The position numbers and the translations under genes are program-made. From an uncultured Candidatus Saccharibacteria bacterium (GTDB lineage: Bacteria; Patescibacteriota; Minisyncoccia; Phycocordibacterales; JABMNX01): 64,000 nt of DNA. Under the pieces are notes generated by a model. The model made no database searches. It was not told the origin of the DNA and was given only the letters and a program-made list of their open reading frames with translations. The DNA lies in the NCBI GenBank assembly GCA_964575755.1, contig CAZNRH010000002.1:70351-134350 (forward strand), written 5' to 3'. Shown here piece by piece: positions 29,931 to 40,250 of this stretch. How positions within the stretch are numbered: the stretch's first letter is position 1; the number at the start of each line of letters is the position of its first letter.

Positions 29931-29933
29931 AAT

Positions 29934-30350
29934 TTATCCAGTTAAAAGTCCGATAGTGTTTCTTACAATAATTGCCAATGTCCAAGAACCAAGGAATAAG
30001 GCTACCCCAATAATTGTATAGTAAAAAGTCTTCTTAGCTTCTTCAATCTTTGTTACATTACCCTGTGCTGTAACAAAAAGGAATCCAGAATACACAATAG
30101 ACAACACCGCTATTGGAAGTCCTATATTAATAACTGCCTTTAGAAGCAACTCAACAAATTTTTCAAAGCTATAGATACCGCTATTTTCTAATGGGTTTTC
30201 TAAACCAGCTGCAAGTGCATATGGTACTGTAACCATAAAAAAGAAAATAAATGTTGTTAATGTTTTTTGAATCCCATACGAAATAGGACACGGACTTATA
30301 GTATTTTTATCCACAAGTATAGATTTTATATTAATTGTCAACTTTTTCAT
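29934..30350 (-). CDS. TrbC/VirB2-like pilin (N-terminus contributed by hairpin element)
   Basis: LENPL, YSGFLFVTAQGN...AK...YTIIG. Confidence 0.75.
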   Translation of the reverse strand: MKKLTINIKSILVDKNTISPCPISYGIQKTLTTFIFFFMVTVPYALAAGLENPLENSGIYSFEKFVELLLKAVINIGLPIAVLSIVYSGFLFVTAQGNVTKIEEAKKTFYYTIIGVALFLGSWTLAIIVRNTIGLLTG

Positions 30351-30389
30351 TTTTATTATAATTTTAATGTCCGTGATTTCGTACGGGAC
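30271..30389 (-). repeat. Start-codon hairpin element, copy 3
   Basis: GTCCCGTACGAAATCACGGAC...GTCCGTG-TCCT-ATTTCGTATGGGAT. Confidence 0.9.
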
Positions 30390-30395
30390 TAATAC

Positions 30396-31703
30396 TTATC
30401 TTAGCAAATTTTGTAACTCTTTATGGGCAGTACTTACTGACTCACTCGTCCTCAGTCTACCAGAAACAACTGACTCTATCATTAGTTTAAATATTTCATC
30501 TGTCTTGCTTACACTGGGGTCGAGCCAAGCACGAGACTGAAGCGCTGCGTCGGCAAAAATAACTTTAAATGGATCCGATGGCCTGTTGGCTAACAATGAC
30601 CTTGATACTGGAGATAGGCCTGTCTTTTCTGACATATCCTGCAAGACCGAGTCAGACGTAAGTGCAAAAGCTATCTGCATTGCTCCTGCAATATTCTTTG
30701 ATGTTCTTGGAATCGCTAAGCCTGTAATATTTCCAAAGGTAATATTATTGTTACTACTTCGAACCTGCGGAACAAGAGCGACATCGAAATTTAAGTTGGC
30801 GTTTTTTTCTCTTATAGATGAAAGCTCGCTCGCAAAACCTACGTAGTTAGAAAGTATTCCGGATACAAAGGCTTGTTTTGATTCTGGTAATGCACGGTTC
30901 CATGTATAAATGGTCTTTGTGGGGTTTGCAAAATCTGTATAAAAACGGAGAGCATTCTCAGCAGGCACCTGTCCATCACTTAATTGACGAACTAGCCCCG
31001 AAGACAAAGAACCGTTACTTCCAACTAATACTAAATCACCCCCTGCCTGCAGTATCAACATCGAGAGTAACTCTTTTGCATGTGCAATGTTTTGATACTC
31101 TCCAATTGACAAAGCGCTTTTAAATATTTCCCCACTGTCACCACGTGTTGTTAATGAACCATTAAGAGCAAACGACACTATCTCATCCCAAAACCGTGGC
31201 GGTCGAGATATTCCAGCTTGAGAATAATGATCCCTGTTCCAATAAAGAACCAACGGGTCAACAGTGAAAGGAAGGGCGGTAATACCATTCCCACTTAAAA
31301 ACAATTCTGCTTCTTGAATAAAAGCATCTTTAAACTCACGCTGTGACATAACGTCATATGAAATTGGATAAATCTTATCCCCGTGCCTTAAAATAGTGTC
31401 TTGGCTTAAGAAAAACAAATCAGGACCTCTCTGAGACGCAAGGGCTTCTACTAATTCCTCATCAAAAAAACGTACATCTTTTTCAATATATGTAACTTGG
31501 TCAAAACGGTCATCGTTAAATGAAGCCTCTCTTATGAGTGCCTCCATAACCTTGTCGTCATACGTACCCCAAATCACTACCTCGCCTACATTAGCGCCGC
31601 CACCTCCAAACCCGCCAACACCAGCAAAGAGCATCACTCCAACCACTGTAAAAAATATAAAGGCTCCAGTAACAACTATTTTAAATACGCTTAATTTATT
31701 CAT
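30396..31703 (-). CDS. Extracellular solute-binding protein (ABC family 1-like)
   Basis: N-terminal TM, VIWG, GPDLF, LVLYWNRD. Confidence 0.85.
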   Translation of the reverse strand: MNKLSVFKIVVTGAFIFFTVVGVMLFAGVGGFGGGGANVGEVVIWGTYDDKVMEALIREASFNDDRFDQVTYIEKDVRFFDEELVEALASQRGPDLFFLSQDTILRHGDKIYPISYDVMSQREFKDAFIQEAELFLSGNGITALPFTVDPLVLYWNRDHYSQAGISRPPRFWDEIVSFALNGSLTTRGDSGEIFKSALSIGEYQNIAHAKELLSMLILQAGGDLVLVGSNGSLSSGLVRQLSDGQVPAENALRFYTDFANPTKTIYTWNRALPESKQAFVSGILSNYVGFASELSSIREKNANLNFDVALVPQVRSSNNNITFGNITGLAIPRTSKNIAGAMQIAFALTSDSVLQDMSEKTGLSPVSRSLLANRPSDPFKVIFADAALQSRAWLDPSVSKTDEIFKLMIESVVSGRLRTSESVSTAHKELQNLLR

Positions 31704-31817
31704 CCCGTACGAAATAGGACACGGACTTAAACAGCCCTTGTCTCTATGTTTAATATTCTATTAATTATCGACTTATTTATCATATATTGTTTCTGTGTCC
31801 GTGATTTCGTACGGGAT
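31702..31817 (-). repeat. Start-codon hairpin element, copy 4
   Basis: ATGA-ATCCCGTACGAAATCACGGAC...GTCCGTG-TCCT-ATTTCGTACGGG-ATGA. Confidence 0.9.
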
Positions 31818-31843
31818 TCATAGTATTTTATATAGCATTTGTT

Positions 31844-32371
31844 CTATCTTTTAAACACTGCTCCATAATGATGTGCACCAGCCTGTATCTTAAATAGTAG
31901 ACTAAAACCTTCTTCTTTAAATAAATCTTTTACAAAACTTAGTGGCACTATATTTTCGCTTTTAGGGCCTAGCCCGCCGAAGGAATCTTTCCAGTCAACT
32001 ACTAATACTTTACCATTTTGTTTGAGTACTCGGGATACTTCTTTTGTAAAACTTTTTTTATCTTCTACTGAAAAAAATATATTGGAAGCGATTACTGCAT
32101 CAATAGTACCTTCTAACAAACCACTCCCACCCTCTTTCTCAATATCTCCCCATACAACTTCGACGTTCTCTAACCCTTCTTTGTTTGCTGTGTTTTTAAT
32201 ACGGCTTAATAAATCTTGTTGTATATCAATAGCGTACACAACTCCTCGTCTACCAACAGCTCGAGCAGAAGCAATGGTGTAACCTCCCATACCAGCACCA
32301 AAGTCAGCGACCAGAGAACCAGTTTCTAGCTTAAATTGCTTAATATTCGACTCAGGATCAGAAAACTTCAT
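31844..32371 (-). CDS. Class I SAM-dependent methyltransferase
   Basis: VADFGAGMG, YAIDIQ, VLVVDW. Confidence 0.88.
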   Translation of the reverse strand: MKFSDPESNIKQFKLETGSLVADFGAGMGGYTIASARAVGRRGVVYAIDIQQDLLSRIKNTANKEGLENVEVVWGDIEKEGGSGLLEGTIDAVIASNIFFSVEDKKSFTKEVSRVLKQNGKVLVVDWKDSFGGLGPKSENIVPLSFVKDLFKEEGFSLLFKIQAGAHHYGAVFKR

Positions 32372-32553
32372 TAACCTATTATACCCGCACACTATATAAA
32401 ACAGCTAACTGTGTTATACACGCATGTATAACAAACTTGGCGGTCGAACCGCCAAGTGCGGCTGGAATTGTGTAAAAAGAAAAACCACCCCTCGTCGAAA
32501 CGAAGTTTGGTTCTCTTTCGTTTCACCCGAAGTGGCGGTTATTGTTGGATATG

Positions 32554-32940
32554 TCATCCCATTAATTCATTTCGTTCGTATCCTAACTGTAGAAGGGCTT
32601 CAAAAAGAGGAATCATTTCTATGTGAGCTTCTTCTCTTAGAATATTTGCTTCTTTTTCAAGTTTGTCAGCTTCAGGAAGTTCTTCAGGGTAGTCAGCTTC
32701 TTTATAAAGAGTGATTACTTCCATTACCAAACGGTGACCACGCATCATTTTATCGTAAATCTCACCTGTGTTAATCCCTAATTTAGCTGCTATAATATCT
32801 ATATCATCAGATAATTTTTGCTTTTTTCCTAACTTGGGATTACGATACAAACCTCCAGGTAAATAACAATAAAAGTTATTGAAATGAACAAGCGGCTTTT
32901 TTGTGTCTTCTTTGGTACAACTAGTCATACAGTCCTCCAT
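32554..32940 (-). CDS. Orphan hypothetical protein
   Basis: 128 aa; GGAGG before the second Met suggests start at MTSC. Confidence 0.6.
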   Translation of the reverse strand: MEDCMTSCTKEDTKKPLVHFNNFYCYLPGGLYRNPKLGKKQKLSDDIDIIAAKLGINTGEIYDKMMRGHRLVMEVITLYKEADYPEELPEADKLEKEANILREEAHIEMIPLFEALLQLGYERNELMG

Positions 32941-33269
32941 ATTGATTAGTGTTTTAACTTTAAAACTACGCGTAAAGTTAAGATCTGGTGCGAGAACTTA
33001 CTCTGACAAGAAATTAACATTATAAGATTAACATGTCAAGTGTACCGTAATATATCATGACATTTGCATCACTATATAATTCAATGCCGTGGCGCGGCTA
33101 TAAGTGGTTTACCACAAGGGCACTTCTTGTTTTCTAGCTCGTAAACTCACAAGAAAACAAAGTCGAAAGCCCTCGATTGCTTCGCAACCTGGGGCTTTAT
33201 TTTAGGTATTTTGATAGTTTTTGGAGACCTGGTCTCCAAAAATGCATTTTAAAATATTGAAAACCCAAT

Positions 33270-33434
33270 AGAATTCCTAGGCTTGGATAAAGTTCGAGGA
33301 AGTCGTAAATTTAGAAATTCTGGACTTCCAAAAGGATTTCAAAATTTCTAGGAAAATTACATTAAAAATTACGAAGCATATCGGGCATATGCTGAATAAT
33401 CTTTAATGCGATTTTACCGAAATTTGGGAATTCT
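33270..33434. repeat. Long imperfect palindrome after gyrA
   Basis: AGAATTCCTAGG.../...TTTGGGAATTCT with GAAGCATAT..ATATGCTGA internal hairpin. Confidence 0.7.
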
Positions 33435-33436
33435 CT

Positions 33437-35935
33437 CTATAGGCAGACCATCGATGCGACTTTATCGCCCGCTCGCAATTTCATAACCCTAACCCCCTGC
33501 GTCTGTCTTGAAAGTGACGGTATCTCTTCAATACCAGTTCTTATAACCTGCCCTTTTTGTGACACAGCAACTATCTCCCCTTCTGAATCTTTAACACTAT
33601 CTACAACAGCCATTGCTATTACATTGCCCGTCTTTGCGGTCACTTTTGCGGTCTTGATACCAGACCCTCCTCTGTTTTGTATTTTATATTCTTTAAGTGA
33701 TGTCTTTTTACCATACCCAAAAGCAGTCAAAACTAACAATTCTGGATTCTCATATTCGGAGTGTACAACCTCTGCACCTATGACCACATCGTCTTTGCCA
33801 AGTTTTATTGCTCTTACTCCCGCGGCACCACGCCCCATCTCACGGATATCTGACTCGTTGAACCGAATCGACTGACCTCCACGTGTTGCCACAGACGCAT
33901 TCTCACCTTTCTTTACAAATGAAGCAGTGATGAGTGTGTCGTCTCCCTTTAGTGTAATAGCTATCAAACCACTCCTTCGTACATCATGGAAATTATCTGC
34001 AGAAACTTTCTTCGCGATACCGTTTTTGGTCACCATCATAAGAGATAGTTCATCTTTCTTTATTTCCTTTGGCATAGCGAGGATAGATGTCACCTGTTCG
34101 TCTTGTGAAATAGATAAGAAGTTCATAATTGATTTACCACGTGTTGCTCGCTTACCCTCTGGGATATCAAACATTCGTATCTGGTACACCTTTCCCTTGT
34201 CAGTGAAAAAGAGTAAGTCGCTATGCGTGCTTGTGGTAAGGAATTTTGTCACAACATCTTCTTCTTTTGTATTTAAATCTACAACACCAACCCCTCCACG
34301 CTTTTGCCGTTTGTACTCGCTTGGATTTGTTCTCTTTATATACCCACCTTTTGTAAAGACAAGTATGCTCTCTTCGTCTGCTATCAAATCCTCAGGCGCA
34401 AGTGTCTTCGCACCATGCTTTACTATTTTTGTCCTTCTCTCATCACCGTATACTTTAATAAGCTCAGTTAACTCGTCTTTAATAATTCCAAATATCTTTT
34501 TATCGCTTGCTAGAATCACGCCGAGTGACTTTATCAAAGCTTGTATATCTTTTAGTTCGTCTTCTATCTTTTTACGCTCTAGCCCAGCAAGTTTTTGCAG
34601 TCTCATCTCAAGAATCGCGGTCGCCTGAAGGTCAGAGAACTTAAATTCTTTTCTAATAGCTACGTGTGCAGCTGGAGCGTCTTTTGATTTCTTAATAGTC
34701 TTGATAATCGCATCGATATGATCAAGCGCTTTCTTAAGTCCAAGTAATATATGCTCGCGTGCTTTTGCTTTCCTTAATTCAAACTCTGTCCTGCGAGTAA
34801 CTATTTCTTTTCTGTGTGCAATAAATGAAACAAGGATAGATTTTAGAGAAAGTGTTTGTGGAATACCATCAACAATAGCCACCATGTTGTAGTGGAAGGT
34901 GTCTTCTATCTGTGTGTGCTTGTAAAGGTAGTTAAGTACTGTCTGTGGGTTAGCGGTGCTTTTTAGGTCAATAACCACACGAGTTTCTTTTGTTGACTCG
35001 TCTCGCACATCTTTAATACCCTCAAGCCTTTTGTCTCGCACAAGGTCAGCAATTTTGATAAGTAAATCAGATTTGTTAACACGATACGGAACAGAAGAAA
35101 TTATAATCTGGAAATTCCCTTTAGAGTCTTCTACTACTTCTGTAGTACTCCGCACCACAACACCACCCTTGCCGTGAACATATGCGTTATGTATATCCTT
35201 TTCATTATATGCAATACACCCACTTGGGAAATCAGGCCCTTTAACAAACTTCATCAAGTCTTCTGTGGTTGCTTTAGGGTTATCAATAAGGTGGATAGTT
35301 GCTTCCGATACCTCAGTAAGGTTGTGTGGCGGTATATTTGTCGCCATACCAACAGCAATACCAAGTGGTCCAGTAAGAAGTAGGTTAGGTGCAGCAGACG
35401 GAAGAACTTCTGGTTCTTTTCTTGTACTGTCGTAGTTGGCACGCCACTTAACTGTGTCTTTTTCTAAGTCCTTTAAGAGCTCTCCAGAGAGTTTTGACAT
35501 TTTTGCTTCGGTATAACGCATCGCAGCTGGAGCATCTCCGTCAACAGAACCGAAGTTACCTTGTCCAATAACTAGTGGGTACCTGTAGGTAAAGTCTTGC
35601 GCCATTTTTGCCATAGCGTCATAGATAGCAGAGTCACCGTGTGGATGGTATTTACCCATGACGTCTCCAACTACAGCAGCAGACTTACGGAATCGCCCCG
35701 AAGCAGAAAGACCCATTTGGTGCATGGTAAAGAGGATCCTCCTGTGAACAGGTTTGAGTCCGTCACGCACGTCAGGAAGTGCACGCGATGTAATTACTGT
35801 CATAGCATAATCAAGATATGCCTGTTGCATTTCAGCGCTTATACCCTGTTTGATAATTCTACCAACTGCTTTATTTGAATTTTCTCCACCATCTGATGAA
35901 TTATTTTTTGATTTTTTTTCAGAGTCTTTTGCCAT
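33437..35935 (-). CDS. gyrA: DNA gyrase subunit A
   Basis: [26 protein letters not shown], GyrA box QKRGGVG. Confidence 0.98.
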   Translation of the reverse strand: MAKDSEKKSKNNSSDGGENSNKAVGRIIKQGISAEMQQAYLDYAMTVITSRALPDVRDGLKPVHRRILFTMHQMGLSASGRFRKSAAVVGDVMGKYHPHGDSAIYDAMAKMAQDFTYRYPLVIGQGNFGSVDGDAPAAMRYTEAKMSKLSGELLKDLEKDTVKWRANYDSTRKEPEVLPSAAPNLLLTGPLGIAVGMATNIPPHNLTEVSEATIHLIDNPKATTEDLMKFVKGPDFPSGCIAYNEKDIHNAYVHGKGGVVVRSTTEVVEDSKGNFQIIISSVPYRVNKSDLLIKIADLVRDKRLEGIKDVRDESTKETRVVIDLKSTANPQTVLNYLYKHTQIEDTFHYNMVAIVDGIPQTLSLKSILVSFIAHRKEIVTRRTEFELRKAKAREHILLGLKKALDHIDAIIKTIKKSKDAPAAHVAIRKEFKFSDLQATAILEMRLQKLAGLERKKIEDELKDIQALIKSLGVILASDKKIFGIIKDELTELIKVYGDERRTKIVKHGAKTLAPEDLIADEESILVFTKGGYIKRTNPSEYKRQKRGGVGVVDLNTKEEDVVTKFLTTSTHSDLLFFTDKGKVYQIRMFDIPEGKRATRGKSIMNFLSISQDEQVTSILAMPKEIKKDELSLMMVTKNGIAKKVSADNFHDVRRSGLIAITLKGDDTLITASFVKKGENASVATRGGQSIRFNESDIREMGRGAAGVRAIKLGKDDVVIGAEVVHSEYENPELLVLTAFGYGKKTSLKEYKIQNRGGSGIKTAKVTAKTGNVIAMAVVDSVKDSEGEIVAVSQKGQVIRTGIEEIPSLSRQTQGVRVMKLRAGDKVASMVCL

Positions 35936-36034
35936 AAATAAATTTTAATTGTCATCCATTATACCATATTCACGCCTTAACTTAAAGGCATATAAGCCTT
36001 CTACACTAACTAAGGTCCAGCCTTAGATAGTTAA

Positions 36035-36460
36035 TTATTCAACTAAAATAATCTCAACTCCTGATGGAGTAATTTCATTTTCTTGCTTCTTTTCCTTTAT
36101 TATTACTTGCGTAGAGGCTTGTTTTTCTTCTGGAGTAGTAGATATTTTATCTTCTATGATAGTGCTTCCAGTAAACTCAGTGTCATCTAACTGCACCGCA
36201 GTATTTTCTATTTGTTCCTTAATAATACCAACACCCTCTTTAAACGTATCACTGGCTTCATTAAACGAGGTAGTAAATGCATCAAAACTAAAAGTACTAT
36301 TAGATTTTACAGATACATCTTGACCTTTTTGTAATGAAGCGAAAAACGATACTACCCAAAGTAAAAATATTAGCCCTGTTATAACACCAGCGACACTAAA
36401 AGCTATCGCTTGTCGCTGTCTACGTGGCTTTTCTCGAATTCGTTCCAATGTATCAAACAT
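36035..36460 (-). CDS. Hypothetical membrane-anchored protein
   Basis: 141 aa, single TM. Confidence 0.7.
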   Translation of the reverse strand: MFDTLERIREKPRRQRQAIAFSVAGVITGLIFLLWVVSFFASLQKGQDVSVKSNSTFSFDAFTTSFNEASDTFKEGVGIIKEQIENTAVQLDDTEFTGSTIIEDKISTTPEEKQASTQVIIKEKKQENEITPSGVEIILVE

Positions 36461-36467
36461 GTTTTAT

Positions 36468-36584
36468 AACTCGCGCACTTGGCGCACTTCTTCGTTACTT
36501 CGTTAAAAATATCAGTCGTCATATGTTCATATGACTTCTTTTATTTTTAACTTGCGCCTCGAACCGCATCAAAGTGCGCAAGTT
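36468..36584. repeat. Long imperfect palindrome
   Basis: AACTCGCGCACTT/AAGTGCGCAAGTT arms, GTCATATG..CATATGAC apex. Confidence 0.75.
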
Positions 36585-36634
36585 CTAATATCAGAATCAA
36601 TTATTATTTCTCATAAACTCAACTAAAAATTGCT

Positions 36635-37267
36635 TTAAGAAGAAATCACAACAATATCCCCTATCTTGCCCTCGACATCTTTCTTCTTTATTGTGAGTTT
36701 CTCAACAGGATTCGCTTTATCTGCACCACCCTCCTTCAAAAATGCTTTCAGTGAATCCTTCTTACCAATACCATCGTAATGTATAGGGATTATTATATTC
36801 GCCTCAAGCTTAACACCAACTCCATGAGCTTCCGAAGGATTAAGAACTCCCTCACCACCAATTGGTACGAAAAGTATATCTATACCATCTACATCTTCAA
36901 AAATCTTTGGGTCAATCTTGCTTTCAGATAAAGCTCCAAGGAAGCAAAGGTTCATTCCCTCAAGTGTGACTATGTAAATAGTATTGGGGCGCTCTGACCC
37001 TCCGTACCCCGAAACTGACGGGAATCCTTTTATAAAAATTCTTTCAACCTCATATTCTCCAGGACCTTGAATAACAAACGGCTCATTGTCTCCACGTGTC
37101 ACACTCTTAACTCCATTGAAATCTTTGTCTGCTGTTGTTATGAGAACAATATCCGCACCAAACTTAGGCCTAGCAAGTTTAGACTCTTTAGAAATAGGGT
37201 TAAACACGATAGTTGTGTCACCTCTTGTAACTTTTATACATTCTCCTCCATGGTGTGTGATTATCAT
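36635..37267 (-). CDS. MBL-fold metallo-hydrolase-like protein, degenerate metal motif
   Basis: GPGEYEV, DILFVPIGG, IIPIHY; TTADKDF in place of SHxHxDH. Confidence 0.8.
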   Translation of the reverse strand: MIITHHGGECIKVTRGDTTIVFNPISKESKLARPKFGADIVLITTADKDFNGVKSVTRGDNEPFVIQGPGEYEVERIFIKGFPSVSGYGGSERPNTIYIVTLEGMNLCFLGALSESKIDPKIFEDVDGIDILFVPIGGEGVLNPSEAHGVGVKLEANIIIPIHYDGIGKKDSLKAFLKEGGADKANPVEKLTIKKKDVEGKIGDIVVISS

Positions 37268-37436
37268 GAGAATAGTATACAACCTGTTTGTCCAAGAGTG
37301 AAGCGATTGGCTACAAACAGCAGTGCCCCAAACAATGTGCGAAGCTAAGCTTCGCACATTGTTTACGTGAACGTGACTCCTAAAAACTACAAGCTAACAC
37401 CTACAAGCTGTGATATTAAGTCATAGAAATAGTAAC

Positions 37437-37464
37437 TTGACAAGTATTTTAAGTGTGCTAGTAT
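37437..37464 (+). promoter_or_regulatory. Sigma70-type promoter
   Basis: TTGACA-16 bp-TAGTAT with extended TG. Confidence 0.6.
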
Positions 37465-37528
37465 ATCTACATCCTGTTGTCATATTCGAAGCAGGATTAT
37501 ATTGTCCTTTGAAAGGGAGCACCAAAAA

Positions 37529-37699
37529 ATGAATCGGCTTAATAGCTCGCAGAGCAGTTTGTATAAAAGTGAAAACATCACCGGCCTGATCGACGATCGC
37601 AACGGCGCCAGTCCCGGCAAATCCGCCGACCATTCAGCCATTACCGGTAAAGCTTTTTTGAACATGTCTCCCCAGGCCGCCGGCGCCGTCACGACCTGA
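37529..37699 (+). CDS. GC-rich small ORF (56 aa), uncertain
   Basis: GGGAG SD then ATGAATCGG. Confidence 0.35.
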   Translation: MNRLNSSQSSLYKSENITGLIDDRNGASPGKSADHSAITGKAFLNMSPQAAGAVTT

Positions 37700-37736
37700 C
37701 CGGCCGGTTACGTCAGTAGCAGTAAGATTACCGCCT

Positions 37737-37958
37737 AAGGATTGTCCTTTGTGCGTACAACAATCTTCTGTTGCGAAACTGAGCGTCACATGACGCTCCA
37801 CCCCCTACCGGTCACACGACCGGTGCAAGGAGCCCCCTCGGCGCTACCACGCCAACACGGCCCCAAGCCGGTCCTACGATCGGCACATGACTTAGGTCCA
37901 CCCATAAACCTGAGCCAGCCCCCCTTAGCTTCACAGCTTCGGGGGGTTTTTCTTTTTC
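37737..37958 (+). ncRNA. Candidate multi-hairpin RNA ending in an intrinsic terminator
   Basis: About 8 consecutive stems with C/A-rich loops; G-U pairs favour the + strand. Confidence 0.55.
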
Positions 37959-38086
37959 CTACCTTCTCTCGAAACTACACCTACTTAACCCTTGTTAAAC
38001 TCCTAATTTTCCGATATAGTACTACAACTCATTTAGAGTATTATCAATTAACCATATGCGCGTTGCTAACCCTACTTATAGAGAAC

Positions 38087-38250
38087 GGAGTAGGTTCAAA
38101 GATTTGCTTTTGGGTATATATTATTTGATTTTGAGCGAGACGAAGTAAAAAAGTTTGAAGCATATCAACAGATACGCTGAGAAATTTTTAACGAGTTCGT
38201 AGCCAAAATATAAGGATATAGAACCAGAATGAAATTTTTGAACATGCTTT
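38087..38250. repeat. Long imperfect palindrome in the rpsA leader
   Basis: GTTCAAAGATTT/AAATTTTTGAAC arms; GAAGCATAT..ATACGCTGA apex. Confidence 0.7.
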
Positions 38251-38293
38251 CACTGAGTAAACAGCTAGTAGTACAACGCACATCACATACACA

Positions 38294-39496
38294 ATGTTAG
38301 GATTTGGAAAAAAGACTGACCATGAGGGGTCAGAATCAAAAAAAGATATTGAAGAAATTAAAACTGTTGTAGAAACGACACCAACTGAAGTAAAAGAAGT
38401 TAAAAAAATAAAGTCACCACTAGACACAAAGTCTAAGATGGATGACTTTTTAGAAGCGTCTGAGAACCCACCACAAATAGGTGACCTTATAGAAGGACCA
38501 GTACTTGCTATCGAACGCTCACATATCTATATCGACCTGCCTCCGTTTGGAACAGGTATTATTTATGGTCGTGAGTTTATGAACGCACGAGATATCTTAC
38601 GTAAAGTAAATGTTGGAGACAGTATCGCGGCAAAGGTTGTTGATACAGAGGGCATGGACGGATACATCGAGCTTTCACTTAAAGAAGCTAGGCAGGCACT
38701 TATCTGGGCAGAAGCGGAAGACGCAATAGCAAACAAAACAATACTAGAGCTTCCAATTAAAGACGCAAACAAAGGAGGTCTTATTATCGAATGGCAAGGA
38801 ATTCAAGGGTTCTTACCAGCTTCACAACTTAAGACTGAAAACTACCCCCGCGTTGAAGATGGAGACAAAGACCGTATCTTAGAAGAATTACGTAAACTAG
38901 TCGGAACAAAACTCGCAGTTACAGTAATCACCGCTGATCCAAAAGAAAACAAGATGATCTTCTCAGAGAAGAGCTCTAGCGAAATAGACAAGAAGGCTCT
39001 TACTGAAGAGTATAAGATTGGTGACGAGATTGAAGGAGTAATAACTGGCGCAGTCGAGTTTGGCGTATTCGTAAAACTTCGAGAAGGTCTTGAAGGGTTA
39101 GTACATATATCTGAAATAGACTGGGCACTTGTTGAAGATCCACGAACTATCTTTGAAATCGGAGAAAAGATGAAGGTGAAAGTAATAGACATAAACGAAG
39201 GTAAGATTTCACTATCCATCAAAGCGCTTAAAGATAATCCGTGGAAAGAAGCTGCTAAGAAATACAAGAAAGGAGATAGGGTTAACGGAGTCATCATCAA
39301 ATACAACAAGCACGGCGCTCTTGCCTCAATCGAGGAAGGTGTCGCAGGTCTTGTTCATATCTCTGAGTTTGAAACAGAAGAAAGCCTACACACAACTCTT
39401 GAACTAGGTAAAACATACGAGTTTACTATTACCCTCTTTGAGTCAGAGGAACAACGTATGACTCTTTCATTTAAGGATGAAAAGAAAGAAGAGTAA
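38294..39496 (+). CDS. rpsA: 30S ribosomal protein S1 (4 S1 domains)
   Basis: GFLPASQL, FGVFV..EGLVHISE repeats. Confidence 0.92.
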   Translation: MLGFGKKTDHEGSESKKDIEEIKTVVETTPTEVKEVKKIKSPLDTKSKMDDFLEASENPPQIGDLIEGPVLAIERSHIYIDLPPFGTGIIYGREFMNARDILRKVNVGDSIAAKVVDTEGMDGYIELSLKEARQALIWAEAEDAIANKTILELPIKDANKGGLIIEWQGIQGFLPASQLKTENYPRVEDGDKDRILEELRKLVGTKLAVTVITADPKENKMIFSEKSSSEIDKKALTEEYKIGDEIEGVITGAVEFGVFVKLREGLEGLVHISEIDWALVEDPRTIFEIGEKMKVKVIDINEGKISLSIKALKDNPWKEAAKKYKKGDRVNGVIIKYNKHGALASIEEGVAGLVHISEFETEESLHTTLELGKTYEFTITLFESEEQRMTLSFKDEKKEE

Positions 39497-39617
39497 TAAC
39501 CTATAAAATATTAAGCGTCCCAACTAGTGAAAAGTAAAACTTGTGGTTAAAGATGAGAATAGAGTAAATTAGACAAATGTTATTGCGGTTTTATCTTATC
39601 TCGGTTATATTTGATGT

Positions 39618-39959
39618 ATGAATACACCTAAAAAAGGTAAGTATAGATGGTTAATTTTTAAAGACGGCAAAGATTGGCTTGGCGTGGTTTTGGAATTTAA
39701 CATCGTTATCTCTGGTTCGGATCCACAGGTTGTTGAAGTTGAACTGCAAGAAGCTGCGGTCGGGCACATTGAATCCGCTAAAAAATTAAAGGGTTTTAGA
39801 TCTACTCAAGTAAATAATATCCTTAACCAAGTCTCTGAAGATGAGTTCGAAGGACTTTGGTCTCACACAATGACCCAAAAATCCAGCGAAAATATTCTGT
39901 CTCCATTCTCTAGAAAAGATGTCTACAAAGCTGGTGTAGCAGACCTTAGCTTTGCTTAG
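39618..39959 (+). CDS. HicB-like antitoxin
   Basis: Partial RNase H-like HicB pattern; adjacent to HicA. Confidence 0.6.
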   Translation: MNTPKKGKYRWLIFKDGKDWLGVVLEFNIVISGSDPQVVEVELQEAAVGHIESAKKLKGFRSTQVNNILNQVSEDEFEGLWSHTMTQKSSENILSPFSRKDVYKAGVADLSFA

Positions 39960-39962
39960 TCT

Positions 39963-40196
39963 ATGTCTCGTAATAAATCTAATTGGACATTTAGAGAAGT
40001 ACGAAAATTTTTAACTAAACACGGATTCATACTTCACCATGTTCGAGGAAGCCACCATTTCTTTAGAGGATCCCAATCAGGCGAAATTCGTATGGTTCAT
40101 TGTCAATTTCACGGAAAAGATTCTATCCATCCTAAAACATTAAATTCTGTTATTAAACAATCCGGAATTTCAGAAGAAGAGTGGTTAAATAGATAA
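39963..40196 (+). CDS. hicA: HicA family toxin
   Basis: GF...RGSH..F, H...IHPKTLNSVIKQSGI. Confidence 0.88.
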   Translation: MSRNKSNWTFREVRKFLTKHGFILHHVRGSHHFFRGSQSGEIRMVHCQFHGKDSIHPKTLNSVIKQSGISEEEWLNR

Positions 40197-40250
40197 ATCT
40201 TTATCATTACCGTCGAAATTAAAAACAACGCTCAAAACTGAGTGTTGTTT

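Noticed and set aside
33624-35878. Long antisense ORFs over gyrA (and similarly over clpB, topA, ftsA, valS)
   Set aside because: Shadow frames of highly conserved genes, with no independent features.
37437-37958. RNase P, tmRNA or SRP RNA
   Set aside because: No GAGGAAAGTCC, no tRNA-Ala-like ends and no SRP helix 8 motif seen on either strand.
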